A program made the translations under genes and the position numbers. A DNA stretch of 64,000 nt from Candidatus Latescibacterota bacterium (GTDB lineage Bacteria > Latescibacterota > UBA2968 > UBA8231): positions 139,439-203,438 of the forward strand of contig OZ253462.1 of NCBI GenBank assembly GCA_965261395.1, read 5' to 3'. The number at the start of each line of letters is the position of its first letter. Within the stretch, counting starts at the first letter, position 1. The notes under the pieces were generated by a model, which was not told where the DNA came from, did no database searches, and worked only from the letters and a program-made list of their open reading frames with translations. Shown here one piece after another: positions 8,801 through 18,142 of this stretch.

Positions 8801-9678
8801 CAATACACCACCTTGTTGAGCGGGTATTCGATGATGCCTTCGGCCCCGAGCCGCTTGAGCTGGGGAATCAGCTCGCGCACCACGCGCTCGTCGGCGACGA
8901 TTTCCAGCGCCACCCATTCGGCGTCCATCTGGCTGGAGACCGTGGGCGTGTGCAGGGCCGGCAGCCGGGCGATGACGCGTTCGAGCTGGTCGAGCGGCAC
9001 GTTCATCTTGAGGCCGACCTTGTGCTCGGCTTCGAGCGCGCCCTTGAGCAGCATCAGCAAATTCTCGGCCTGCTCTCGCTTCCAGCCATCGGCCCACGCG
9101 GCCTTGTTGGCAATCAAGCGCGGCGTCGATTCGCAGACCGTATCGACGATGCGCAGCCGGTTGGCCTTGAGCGATGCGCCGGTCTCGGTCGCCTCGACGA
9201 TAGCGTCCACCAGCCCGGGAATGCCGGCCTTGACCTCGGTCGCACCCCACGAAAACTCCACCTCGGCCTCCACGCCGCGCGCCTGCAAGAAGCGGCGGGT
9301 CGCGCCGACTAGCTCGCTGGCGATGCGGCGGCCCTGCAGGTCTTCGACGCATTGGATGGCGGAATCCTCGGGCACGGCAATGACCCAGCGCAAGGGCCGC
9401 GCCGTGCTCTTGCTGTAGGTCAGCTCGCCAACTTCGACTACCTCGGCCTCGCTTTCGAGGATCCAATCTCGGCCCGTCAGGCCCACATCGACGACGCCGC
9501 GCGCCACGTACTGGGCGATTTCCTGCGCCCGGAACATCAGGCCCGCGATCTGGGGATCGTCGATGTCGGGCACGTACGAGCGCGGCGCGAGCCGCACCCG
9601 ATAGCCAGCGCGGACAAACAGATCAAACGTGGACTCCTGCAAGCTCCCGGACGGGAAGCCGATCTTCAATTCCTTCAT
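8800..9678 (-). CDS. hisG: ATP phosphoribosyltransferase, long form with C-terminal regulatory domain
   Basis: 292 aa with MKELKIGFPSGSLQESTFDLF, DVGLTGRDWILES and LVDAIVEATETGASLKANRL. The stop overlaps the hisD start (ATGA at 8798-8802). Confidence 0.93.
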   Translation of the reverse strand: MKELKIGFPSGSLQESTFDLFVRAGYRVRLAPRSYVPDIDDPQIAGLMFRAQEIAQYVARGVVDVGLTGRDWILESEAEVVEVGELTYSKSTARPLRWVIAVPEDSAIQCVEDLQGRRIASELVGATRRFLQARGVEAEVEFSWGATEVKAGIPGLVDAIVEATETGASLKANRLRIVDTVCESTPRLIANKAAWADGWKREQAENLLMLLKGALEAEHKVGLKMNVPLDQLERVIARLPALHTPTVSSQMDAEWVALEIVADERVVRELIPQLKRLGAEGIIEYPLNKVVY

Positions 9679-10631
9679 TTCGCTCCTAACTCAGTTCCTC
9701 TCATCGCCTCGGCGACTTGGGGGCTTAGCTTGTACAGGGCTTGCCGCGCTGTGGTCTGGTCTTTTTCCGTGCCCTCTTTCATCAGCCGCTGCAAGTGCGG
9801 CACGGCCCGCTCATCGCCCACCTCGGCGAGGGCCTGCACGGCTTTGCTGCGGATGCTCTGCAACTCGTCGGCGTCGAGGGCGACTAGCAGGGCCTCGTAG
9901 ATGGCGTTGCGGGCAGGCGCACCGAGCGTCGCATGGCCGATGTGGCCGAGGGCCTGCACGGCCACGTAGCGCACCTCATCCGAGGGGTCCAGCGACATGC
10001 GGATGACCTCTTCCACTGCGTCGCGGTACCCGTAGGCGCGCAGGCTCTGCAAGGCGGCGATCCGCCACTTGGGCTTGGCGGCGCGCAAGGCGCGGCGCAC
10101 CACGCGGAAGGCCGAGTCGCTCAAGGCCGGCTCGGCTGCGTACGAATGGCACGGGCCGAGCGCGCCGAGCACGTATTGGCGTACTTCTACCGTGGGGTCG
10201 CGCACGTACTTGAGCAGCGGGGCGAGCGCAGTGGGCGAGCCGATCTGGCCCAGCGCCCACGCGGCCGCGGCCGCCACCCGCGGCGACCGGTCTTTTAGGG
10301 ACGCGACCAAAGTCGGCACGGCGCGCTCGTCCTTAAAGCGACCCAGCAGGTGCATCACCTCAAACCGCACGCGGATGTAGCCGGAGTCGGCCTCCTCGAT
10401 CAGCAGCGGTACGACCTCGTCGGCGTCGAAGCGGATGAGCTGGTTGGCGGCTTTGGTGCGCTCGACTTTTTGCCTGCTTTCGAGCTGGTGAATGTACTCT
10501 TCGGGCGAGGCCCCCCCACACGCGAGGCCCAAACCCGCGCACAGCAATAAGGCCCACAGGGCGAGTCGCGTACTGCTGCCAAATTTTTGCTTTTTAAAAA
10601 AAGTGCTGGCCATATCGCGTTCTCTATTCAA
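9675..10631 (-). CDS. HEAT-repeat (PBS-lyase type) lipoprotein
   Basis: 318 aa. The signal plus lipobox is LLLCAGLGLACGG. Repeated units of the type D..VR..AA.ALG.IG follow. The stop overlaps the hisG start (ATGA at 9675-9678). Confidence 0.75.
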   Translation of the reverse strand: MNRERDMASTFFKKQKFGSSTRLALWALLLCAGLGLACGGASPEEYIHQLESRQKVERTKAANQLIRFDADEVVPLLIEEADSGYIRVRFEVMHLLGRFKDERAVPTLVASLKDRSPRVAAAAAWALGQIGSPTALAPLLKYVRDPTVEVRQYVLGALGPCHSYAAEPALSDSAFRVVRRALRAAKPKWRIAALQSLRAYGYRDAVEEVIRMSLDPSDEVRYVAVQALGHIGHATLGAPARNAIYEALLVALDADELQSIRSKAVQALAEVGDERAVPHLQRLMKEGTEKDQTTARQALYKLSPQVAEAMRGTELGAK

Positions 10632-10756
10632 TGATTTAGATATGTATGGAAGCGTCTAAGGAGTTTGCGGAGGCTACTGTTTATTCAATATATATAGGGT
10701 ACGTATTTAAAATAAGGGCCGACCATAACATCGTCCACTGCACCCGTTTCCCGTCT

Positions 10757-10785
10757 TTGACAATACTCCTAGTGACTTTTATACT
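10757..10785 (+). promoter_or_regulatory. sigma70-like promoter TTGACA-17 nt-TATACT for the SelW-like gene
   Basis: TTGACA is at 10757-10762, a 17-nt spacer follows, and TATACT is at 10780-10785. AGGAGG at 10805-10810 lies 6 nt before GTG 10817. Confidence 0.5.
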
Positions 10786-10816
10786 TTTTCAACCCCTATT
10801 CCACAGGAGGTTCCCC

Positions 10817-11050
10817 GTGAACTTGGAACTCATTTATTGCTCTGCTTGAGGCTACGAAACCAAAGCCGCCAGTTTGGCGGAACAGTTACTCGTCGCCTAT
10901 AAGCAAGACATCGCCGCCTTCTCGCTAGTGCCCTCAGACCGGGGGCGGTTTGAACTCAGCCTCGATGGCGAACTGATCTTTTCCAAGCTGCAAGAAGGTC
11001 GCTTTCCCGACGCCGGCGAAGTCGAGGCCCAGCTCGACGCCCGTCGCTAA
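10817..11050 (+). CDS. SelW/Rdx-family selenoprotein with an in-frame UGA (Sec) in a CxxU motif
   Basis: The frame of ORF 10646..10849 stays open past TGA 10847-10849 to TAA 11048-11050. The product is VNLELIYCSA-U-GYETKAASLAEQLLVAYKQDIAAFSLVPSDRGRFELSLDGELIFSKLQEGRFPDAGEVEAQLDARR (77 aa). This layout matches Rdx-fold proteins, which run I.YC..[CU]G ... P...G.FE/V..dG.li.Sk...GrFP. Confidence 0.8.
10861..10886 (+). promoter_or_regulatory. candidate bacterial SECIS hairpin of the SelW-like gene
   Basis: CCGCC (10866-10870) pairs with GGCGG (10876-10880) around the loop AGUUU. A possible lower AAC/GUU helix flanks it. The apical loop lies 22-26 nt after the UGA. Confidence 0.45.
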
Positions 11051-11089
11051 ACGCCTGCCCACTCCTTTCACTGTATAGGAGGACCCGTT

Positions 11090-12148
11090 TTGAAGTACTG
11101 CCGCTTGCTCAGTTTCGCCCTCGCGCTTTTGAGCGCGCCGGCCCTCGCCCAGTCGCCCGAAGCCCTCGATTACTTCCGCGAGGGCTACGACTCGGTCAAA
11201 AAGGGCAACTATCGCAACGCCGTCATCGAGCTCGAAAAGTCCGTGGCGGCCGATTCCTCCTACGGCAACGCCCACTACGTCCTCGGCCTTTCCTACAAGG
11301 CCCTCAACGAATACGACAAAGCCATCGGCAGCTTTACCGCGGCCTGGGTCCTCGGCACCAAGCCGGAACAGGCCGCTAAGGCCCTAGCCCAGCTCTATCA
11401 AAAGGCCGCCCTCAACAGCTTTCGGCAAAAGAAATACCGCGAGTCCATCAACTATTTCACTAAAGTGCGCGACTTCAGCACCCAAAGCGCCCAAGCGCTC
11501 TACGTCATGGGCCTTGCCCACAGTGGCCTGCACGAAAAAGACAAGGCCAAGGTGGCTTTTGCCGAGGCCATAGCAGCCGATCCCACCGACGCCAGGCCCT
11601 ACAATGCCCTCGGCGACATCCAGCGCCTCAGCCGCGACTACGGCAAAGCCATCGTCACCTACCAGCGTGCCATAGAGGCCAACCCCGCGTACATGGAATC
11701 ATACGGCGACTTGGCGCGGTTGAAGTTCAATACCCAAGACACAGAGGGTGTCGTGCCGCTTCTGCAAAAAGCCCTAAAGATCGACGCCACGTACGCCGAA
11801 GGGCAGCGCTTGCTCGGCATTGCGCTCAACCAACTCGGCCGGTTCGACGAGGCCATTGCCCCGCTGAACAAGGCAGCCGATCTAGACAAGGCCTACTGCG
11901 AGACGCATTACCGGCTGGGCGAGGCCCACTACGGCATGGGCAACTTCCGCCAAGCCATTGAGCACACCCGGCGCGCCACGAGTTGCCAATCTGACTACCG
12001 AGCCGCCGAAGTGCTACTGGGCGACGCGCATTTTCAGCTAGACCAACGACAGGAAGCGCGGCGCTGGTACAACCGAGCGGTAAAAGACACCCGCTACAAG
12101 GACTACGTAGCGAGCAAACTCTCAGAGATTGACGAGCAGCCCCAATAG
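11090..12148 (+). CDS. secreted tetratricopeptide-repeat protein
   Basis: 352 aa. The signal peptide is MKYCRLLSFALALLSAPALAQS. Repeated ..A...Y..A....P....A...LG motifs follow. AGGAGG lies upstream of the TTG start. Confidence 0.8.
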   Translation: MKYCRLLSFALALLSAPALAQSPEALDYFREGYDSVKKGNYRNAVIELEKSVAADSSYGNAHYVLGLSYKALNEYDKAIGSFTAAWVLGTKPEQAAKALAQLYQKAALNSFRQKKYRESINYFTKVRDFSTQSAQALYVMGLAHSGLHEKDKAKVAFAEAIAADPTDARPYNALGDIQRLSRDYGKAIVTYQRAIEANPAYMESYGDLARLKFNTQDTEGVVPLLQKALKIDATYAEGQRLLGIALNQLGRFDEAIAPLNKAADLDKAYCETHYRLGEAHYGMGNFRQAIEHTRRATSCQSDYRAAEVLLGDAHFQLDQRQEARRWYNRAVKDTRYKDYVASKLSEIDEQPQ

Positions 12149-12153
12149 CCGCG

Positions 12154-12762
12154 ATGGCGCTGCTTCTGGCCTCGAACAACGCCGGCAAGCTGCGCGAAGT
12201 CCGCGCCCTGTTCGCCGATGTCGAGGTCCTCGCACCGGCGGCACTGGGCCTTGACCTCTGCGTCGAGGAAAGCGGTCAGACCTTTGCCGCCAACGCCCAA
12301 CTCAAGGCCCGCGCCTATGCCGCGGCCAGCGGACAAATCGCCCTCGCCGACGACTCCGGGCTTGAGGTGGATGCCCTCGGCGGTGCGCCTGGGATCTACT
12401 CGGCTCGCTACGGCGGCCCCGACCTCGACGACGCCAGCCGATGCCGGCTCTTGCTCGCCCAGCTTGCGCCCTATCCCGAGCCAGCCCAACGCCGTGCTCG
12501 GTTCCGCTGCGTCCTCTGCGCAGCAAGTCCCGACGGCCACCACTGCCAAGCCGAGGGCACCTGTGAAGGGCTAATCGCCCCGGCCCCAGCCGGGACCAAC
12601 GGCTTTGGCTACGATCCGGTCTTTTTGCTCCCCGCCTACGCCAAAACTATGGCCCAGCTCGACCCGCACATAAAAAATCGGCTCAGTCACCGCGCCCAAG
12701 CGCTGGCGGCCATGCGCCCGCTGCTGGCCAGCACCTTTCCCGAGCTTGCCCTCTCCCGCTAA
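12154..12762 (+). CDS. rdgB: non-canonical purine NTP pyrophosphatase (RdgB/HAM1)
   Basis: 202 aa with LASNNAGKLRE, EESGQTFAANA, DDSGLEVDALGGAPGIYSARY, FGYDPVF and SHRAQAL. Confidence 0.9.
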   Translation: MALLLASNNAGKLREVRALFADVEVLAPAALGLDLCVEESGQTFAANAQLKARAYAAASGQIALADDSGLEVDALGGAPGIYSARYGGPDLDDASRCRLLLAQLAPYPEPAQRRARFRCVLCAASPDGHHCQAEGTCEGLIAPAPAGTNGFGYDPVFLLPAYAKTMAQLDPHIKNRLSHRAQALAAMRPLLASTFPELALSR

Positions 12763-14498
12763 TGTTTGGTCCGTTTTCCCAATACGCCCGTCCCTATCGA
12801 GGGCGCATCCTGCTCGGCGCGCTCTGCATCGGGTTGGGGCAGGCGGCGACGGCGCGCATCCCACTGCTGGTGCGCGATGCCGTCGATGCGGTCTCGGCGA
12901 CGGATCCTACCTCCGAGGAAGTCGCAACCTACGTCTTCCACATCCTCGCCTTAGCCTTGGGCGTGGCCTTGTGCGGCTATGTCATGCGGATACTGCTAGG
13001 CCGCGTCGCCAACCGCATCGAATACGACATCCGCACCGCGTATTTTGCCCACCTGCTCAAGCTGCCGCTGTCGTACTACCAGCAGCGCCGCACCGGCGAC
13101 CTCATGGCGCGGGCGACCAACGATCTCCACTCGGTGCATATTTTTTGGGTCTATGGCATTCGCGGCATCGTCGATACCGCCTTGGGGCTGACCTTCACGC
13201 TCGCCTGTATGTGCCTGATCGACTGGAAGCTGGCTCTGCTGGTGCTGATACCCATGCCGCTTTTTAGCGTCGTGATGATCCGCATCGCCGCGGTCATCCA
13301 CACCCGCTACAAGGCCATCCAAGAATACTTCGGTCAGATCAGCACCTTCATCCAGGAAAACCTCTCCGGCATCCGCGTGGTCCGGGCCTACACCCAAGAG
13401 CCAGCGCAAAACGCCGCGTTCGACCAACTCAATTTGGCGTACCTAGAAAAAAACCGCGCCTATATCCTCACCCGCGCCAACTACCGGCCGCTCTCCTATG
13501 TCATCGCCGCGCTCTGCTTGGGGCTGAACTTGTGGCTGGGCGGGCGCGCAGTCATCGACGGCGAACTCAGCTTAGGGGCCTTCGTCGCCTTCAACGCCTA
13601 CCTGACCCAACTGATCCGCCCGATCATGTACACCGGCTGGGTCATCGACCGCGCCCAGCGCGCCCTCGTGTCCATGCAGCGCATCAACGAGATCCTCGCC
13701 GTCGAGCCTGAAATCCAAGATCGCGCCCTGCCCCCGGCCAGTCCGCGCCCAATCGCCGGGCACATCGCCTTCCGCCAGCTCAGCTTCTCCTACGGCGAGG
13801 AGCAAGTCCTACACCAGATTGATCTCGAAATTCCCCAAGGCGCGACCCTCGGCATCATCGGCCGCGTCGGCTCGGGCAAGACCACCCTAGCCCGCCTCGT
13901 GCCGCGCTTGATCCAAGCCGGGCCGGGGCAGCTGCTCATCGACGGGGTGCCGATCGAGGAATGGCCCCTAGCGAGCTTGCGCGACGCCATCGGCTACGTC
14001 CCGCAAAACCCCTTTCTATTTTCCAACACCCTCCATGCCAACATCGCCTACGGCGCGGACTCGGCCGCTGCGGCCCAGATCCACGCCGCGGCCGAAGAGG
14101 CCCAGCTCAAAAAGGACATCGACCAATTCGACGAGGGCTTCGACACCCTCATCGGCGAGCGCGGCGTCACCCTGTCCGGCGGCCAGAAGCAGCGCGCGAC
14201 CTTGGCCCGGGCGCTCATTCGCCGCCCGCAGATCCTCATCCTCGACGACTCGCTCTCCGCGGTGGACACCCACACCGAGGAAGCGATCCTCGACCACTTG
14301 CATACCCTCATGCAGGGCCGCACCACCCTCCTCATCGCCCACCGCATCTCGACCCTGCGCCACGCCGACTACATCGTCGTCTTAGAAGAGGGCCGCATCG
14401 CCGAGCAGGGCACCCACGACGAGCTGGTCAACAGCGGCGGCTTCTACGCCGAGCTGTACCAGCGCCAGCAGCTTAGCGCCGAGCTAGAAACGCTGTGA
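12762..14498 (+). CDS. ABC exporter, fused permease/ATPase (heterodimer partner 1)
   Basis: 578 aa. The N-terminal 6-TM domain is followed by Walker A GRVGSGKTT, signature LSGGQKQR and Walker B ILILDD. The start overlaps the rdgB stop (TAATG). Confidence 0.9.
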   Translation: MFGPFSQYARPYRGRILLGALCIGLGQAATARIPLLVRDAVDAVSATDPTSEEVATYVFHILALALGVALCGYVMRILLGRVANRIEYDIRTAYFAHLLKLPLSYYQQRRTGDLMARATNDLHSVHIFWVYGIRGIVDTALGLTFTLACMCLIDWKLALLVLIPMPLFSVVMIRIAAVIHTRYKAIQEYFGQISTFIQENLSGIRVVRAYTQEPAQNAAFDQLNLAYLEKNRAYILTRANYRPLSYVIAALCLGLNLWLGGRAVIDGELSLGAFVAFNAYLTQLIRPIMYTGWVIDRAQRALVSMQRINEILAVEPEIQDRALPPASPRPIAGHIAFRQLSFSYGEEQVLHQIDLEIPQGATLGIIGRVGSGKTTLARLVPRLIQAGPGQLLIDGVPIEEWPLASLRDAIGYVPQNPFLFSNTLHANIAYGADSAAAAQIHAAAEEAQLKKDIDQFDEGFDTLIGERGVTLSGGQKQRATLARALIRRPQILILDDSLSAVDTHTEEAILDHLHTLMQGRTTLLIAHRISTLRHADYIVVLEEGRIAEQGTHDELVNSGGFYAELYQRQQLSAELETL

Positions 14499-16279
14499 GC
14501 ACCGAACTCAACAAAGAAGAAGAAATCCAGCAGCGCGCCTTCAACTTGGGGCTGACGCTGCAACTGTTGCGGTATCTCAAACCCCATCGCGGGCGCGTAG
14601 TCATCGCCTTCGGCACCATTGCCCTCGCCGCCGGTACCGGCCAGATCGGCCCCTATCTGACGCAGGTGGCTGTGGACGACTACATCGCCGTCGGCGACTG
14701 GTTGGGTTTGCGGTGGATGATCGCGGCCTTCTTTGGCAGTGTCGCCGTGCAGTACGGCGCTCAATATGCCCAGACCTTGGTCACCGGCATGATCGGCCAG
14801 CAGGTCATGTACGACATGCGCCGCGACCTCTTCGCCCACCTGCAACGGCTGCCGCTGCGCTACTTCGACCGCACGCCGCTGGGCCGGATTATGACCCGCG
14901 CCACCAACGACATTGACGCCCTCAACGAATTTTTTAGCGAGGGCATCGTCTCGGTCTTTATGGACCTGTTCACCCTGCTGGCTATCGTCGGCTTCATGGC
15001 CTATATCGACCTTGAGCTCGCCCTGATCTGCTGCACGGTAGTCCCGGTCATCGCCACCTCGACCTTCTACCTCCAAGGCCTAGCGGTGCGCGCCTATCGG
15101 GAGTTGCGCACGCGCCTAGCGCGGCTCAATGCCTATTTGCAGGAGAACATCACCGGCGTGGAGGTGGTGCAGCTCTTCAACCGCCAGCAGCGCAATTTGC
15201 GCGACTTCGACGCCGAGCACCTGCCCTATCGCCGCGCCGAAGACCGCGAAATCCACTGCTATGCCATCTTCTTCCCCTTCACCGAACTACTCGGCACCTT
15301 CGGCATGGCGCTGGTGCTGTGGTACGGGGCCTCGGACGTGATCGACGGCCGCGTCGAGTTGGGGGTGCTGGTGGCCTTTCTCCAGTACATCCGCCGCTTC
15401 TTCCGCCCGATCATGGACATCTCCGACCGCTATGCCCTGTTGCAGAGCGCCATGGCCGCGTCTGAGCGCATCTTCGAACTGTTGGCCGTCCCCGGCGAAC
15501 CCGCCGGCGGACCGCGGCGCAAGCTGCCGGTGGCCAGTCGCGGCGGCGCGATTGAATTCCGCAACGTGTTCTTCAAGTACGATCCAGCGGCCGCAGACTG
15601 GATTCTCAAGGATGTCTCGTTTGAACTACAGGCCGGGCAGAGCCTGGCGTTGGTCGGGGCCACCGGCTCGGGCAAGACCACGATCGTCAGCCTGCTCTGC
15701 CGCTTCTACGACATCCAGCGCGGGGAAATCCTCGTCGATGGCCGCGACGTGCGCCAGTGGCACGCCGCGGAATTGCGCCGCCGCATCAGCATCGTCCAGC
15801 AGGAGGTGTTCTTGTTTTCCGGGAATATCAGCGGCAACATCCGCCTCGGCGAGGACGCCATCGACGACGCCCAAGTCGAGCGCGCGGCCCGCTACGTCAA
15901 TGCCGCGCCCTTTATCGAACGCCTCCCCCAAGGCTTTGCCCACGCCGTGGCCGAAGGCGGCTCAACCCTGTCGGCTGGCCAGCGCCAGTTGTTGGCCTTT
16001 GCCCGGGCCTTAGCCTTCGACCCGCAGATCCTCGTCCTCGACGAGGCCACCTCCAGCATCGACACCGAGACCGAACAGCTCATCCAAGACGCCATCGCCA
16101 AGCTGATGCACGACCGCACCTCCATCGTCATCGCCCACCGCCTCTCGACCATCCGCAGTGCCGACCAAATCTTGGTAATGCACCGCGGCGAGGTGCGCGA
16201 GCGGGGCCGCCACGAAGAGCTGTTGCTCCAAGGCGGCATCTATGCGCGGCTCCACCACCTCAACTACGGCCGATCTTAA
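14495..16279 (+). CDS. ABC exporter, fused permease/ATPase (heterodimer partner 2)
   Basis: 594 aa with Walker A GATGSGKTT, signature LSAGQRQL and Walker B ILVLDEATS. It shares a GTGA overlap with the upstream gene. Confidence 0.9.
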   Translation: MSTELNKEEEIQQRAFNLGLTLQLLRYLKPHRGRVVIAFGTIALAAGTGQIGPYLTQVAVDDYIAVGDWLGLRWMIAAFFGSVAVQYGAQYAQTLVTGMIGQQVMYDMRRDLFAHLQRLPLRYFDRTPLGRIMTRATNDIDALNEFFSEGIVSVFMDLFTLLAIVGFMAYIDLELALICCTVVPVIATSTFYLQGLAVRAYRELRTRLARLNAYLQENITGVEVVQLFNRQQRNLRDFDAEHLPYRRAEDREIHCYAIFFPFTELLGTFGMALVLWYGASDVIDGRVELGVLVAFLQYIRRFFRPIMDISDRYALLQSAMAASERIFELLAVPGEPAGGPRRKLPVASRGGAIEFRNVFFKYDPAAADWILKDVSFELQAGQSLALVGATGSGKTTIVSLLCRFYDIQRGEILVDGRDVRQWHAAELRRRISIVQQEVFLFSGNISGNIRLGEDAIDDAQVERAARYVNAAPFIERLPQGFAHAVAEGGSTLSAGQRQLLAFARALAFDPQILVLDEATSSIDTETEQLIQDAIAKLMHDRTSIVIAHRLSTIRSADQILVMHRGEVRERGRHEELLLQGGIYARLHHLNYGRS

Positions 16280-16524
16280 GCCGCCTCTTCCTCCTGTGGG
16301 GCCTTTCCGCGCCGCGCCGCAATCCCGTCCACGGCCTTCACCACCTGGTCGCGCGTCTCCTCGGCTTGGCGCGCGATTAGACGCCGGGTGTCTTCGCCCT
16401 TGTGCGGGGCCAGTAACACGCCTATGGCCGCGCCGACCGCGATGCCGGCCATAAAACCGGCCAAGAGGCACGTCGTGCCGTTGGTTGAATGCTGCTGCCT
16501 GGGGTAAATCTTTTCGTAAAACAT
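16276..16524 (-). CDS. YtxH-domain small membrane/stress protein
   Basis: 82 aa with LLAGFMAGIAVGAAIGVLLAPHKGEDTRRLI, which is the typical YtxH signature. Confidence 0.7.
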   Translation of the reverse strand: MFYEKIYPRQQHSTNGTTCLLAGFMAGIAVGAAIGVLLAPHKGEDTRRLIARQAEETRDQVVKAVDGIAARRGKAPQEEEAA

Positions 16525-16657
16525 ACAAAGCTCCTTTGGCTATGGGTACATTCTATAATCTAAAGAAAACTAAGTGTCTTGAATAAAACCAATGCAATTT
16601 TTATACTTTAAGGCTAAATCCTTCCCCCTTCCCCCCGCCAACGCTGAGAGGACTTCT

Positions 16658-18139
16658 ATGGCCCAAGTCCTGAGCACCCCTTCGCACAGCCTCAAAGAGT
16701 TTCGCATTCTGCCTGGGTACACGCCAACCGACGGCAGCGCCCCCAACGCGTCGCTCAAAACCCGGCTCTGCCGCAAGGGGGACGGCTTTCTCTATCTGCA
16801 CGTTCCCTTCCTCAGCGCCGCCATGCAGGCCGTGACTGGCGGCGAGATGGCCATTGCCTTGGCCCAGCTAGGCGGCATCGGCATCCTGCCCGTCAGCCAA
16901 CCCACGGACGAGCAGTGCGCCAAAATCAGCCAAGTCAAGCGCTTCAAGGCCGGCTTTCAGACCGATATTCTCACCTTGGCCCCCGAGCAGCCCATCGCCG
17001 AAGTAGTCGAGATCATCCACCGCACCGGCTATACGACCTTTCCGGTCACCACCAGCGGCCAGTTCCACGACCAGCTCCTCGGCATCCTCACCGACAAGGA
17101 CTTCGACGAGCGCCGCGACCTCGACTGCCAAGTCGCCTCGCGCATGAAAACCGACGTGCAGGCCGGCCGCGAAATAAGCGACCTCAAAGCCGCCAACGAG
17201 CTGATGATCCGCTATGGCCGCGGCTTCCTGCCCATTCTATCCAAGGGGGGCGTCCTGCAAGCGGTGGTCTTCAAAAAGGACCTCGACAAGCACTTGCGGC
17301 ATCCCAACGAATCGATCGACGAAAAGAAGCGCCTGCTCGTCGGCGCGGCTGTCTCTACCCACCCAGAGGACCGCGAGCGGGCCGAAGCCCTCATTGAGCA
17401 AGAAGTGGACGTGCTGGTCATCGACGCCTCCGACGGCCACACCGAGTACCAGCGGCAGATGATCCAATTCCTCAAGGAGCGCACCGACGCCCCGGTCATC
17501 GGCGGCAACGTCGTCACCGCCGAGGGATTTCGCTTTTTGGCCGCGGCCGGTGCCGACGCCATCAAAGTCGGCATGGGGATCGGCTCGGGCTGCATTACGC
17601 AGGAAGTCAAGGCCACCGGCCGCGGTCAAGGCACGGCCTTGATGGAAATCAGCGCGGCGCGCAACCAGTGGCAGCAGGATTGCAACGCCTACTTGCCCAT
17701 CGTCGCCGACGGCGGCATTTCGAGCCCGGCTGAGATCGCCGTGGCCATGGCCTTGGGTGCCAACGCCGTGATGATGGGGCACTTCTTCGCCGGCTACACC
17801 GAAAGCCAAGGCAACCTCGTGCGCACCGCGGCCGGCGACATCGTCAAAGAGTACTGGATGGAAGGTTCGCTGCGCGCCCACAACATGCGGCGCTATGCCC
17901 AGGCACAAGAGCACTTCTTCGAGGAGGGCATCGCCGGCTACGTGCCCCACATCGGCTCGCTGCACGACAAATTGCCAATCCGCATCCAAATGCTGCGTGC
18001 CACCCTCGCCACGGCCGGTTGCCGCACCATCGACGAGCTGCACGAAAAGGCCGTGCTCGAAATGCAGTCGTCCACCGCGCTGATGGACAGCCAAATCCAC
18101 GACATCGTTCCCACCCCAACCGACCAACAGATCCTCTAG
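16658..18139 (+). CDS. guaB: IMP dehydrogenase (CBS-pair containing)
   Basis: The start is MAQVLSTPSHSLKEFRILPGYTP (ATG 16658, GAGAGGA upstream). Sequence includes FLSAAMQAVTGGEMAIALAQLGGIGILP, an inserted CBS pair, the catalytic loop GMGIGSGCITQEVKATGRGQGTA and ADGGISSPAEIAVAMALGA. The loop is of the GS.CIT.E type rather than the E. coli GSICTTR type, as I remember it. Confidence 0.8.
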   Translation: MAQVLSTPSHSLKEFRILPGYTPTDGSAPNASLKTRLCRKGDGFLYLHVPFLSAAMQAVTGGEMAIALAQLGGIGILPVSQPTDEQCAKISQVKRFKAGFQTDILTLAPEQPIAEVVEIIHRTGYTTFPVTTSGQFHDQLLGILTDKDFDERRDLDCQVASRMKTDVQAGREISDLKAANELMIRYGRGFLPILSKGGVLQAVVFKKDLDKHLRHPNESIDEKKRLLVGAAVSTHPEDRERAEALIEQEVDVLVIDASDGHTEYQRQMIQFLKERTDAPVIGGNVVTAEGFRFLAAAGADAIKVGMGIGSGCITQEVKATGRGQGTALMEISAARNQWQQDCNAYLPIVADGGISSPAEIAVAMALGANAVMMGHFFAGYTESQGNLVRTAAGDIVKEYWMEGSLRAHNMRRYAQAQEHFFEEGIAGYVPHIGSLHDKLPIRIQMLRATLATAGCRTIDELHEKAVLEMQSSTALMDSQIHDIVPTPTDQQIL

Positions 18140-18142
18140 GCT

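Noticed and set aside
8801-9466. 220-codon N-terminal extension of the hisD ORF (7496..9466)
   Set aside because: It overlaps hisG in another frame and is Arg/Gly-rich nonsense. HisD homology begins at MVPIASYP (8800), which forms an ATGA junction with hisG.
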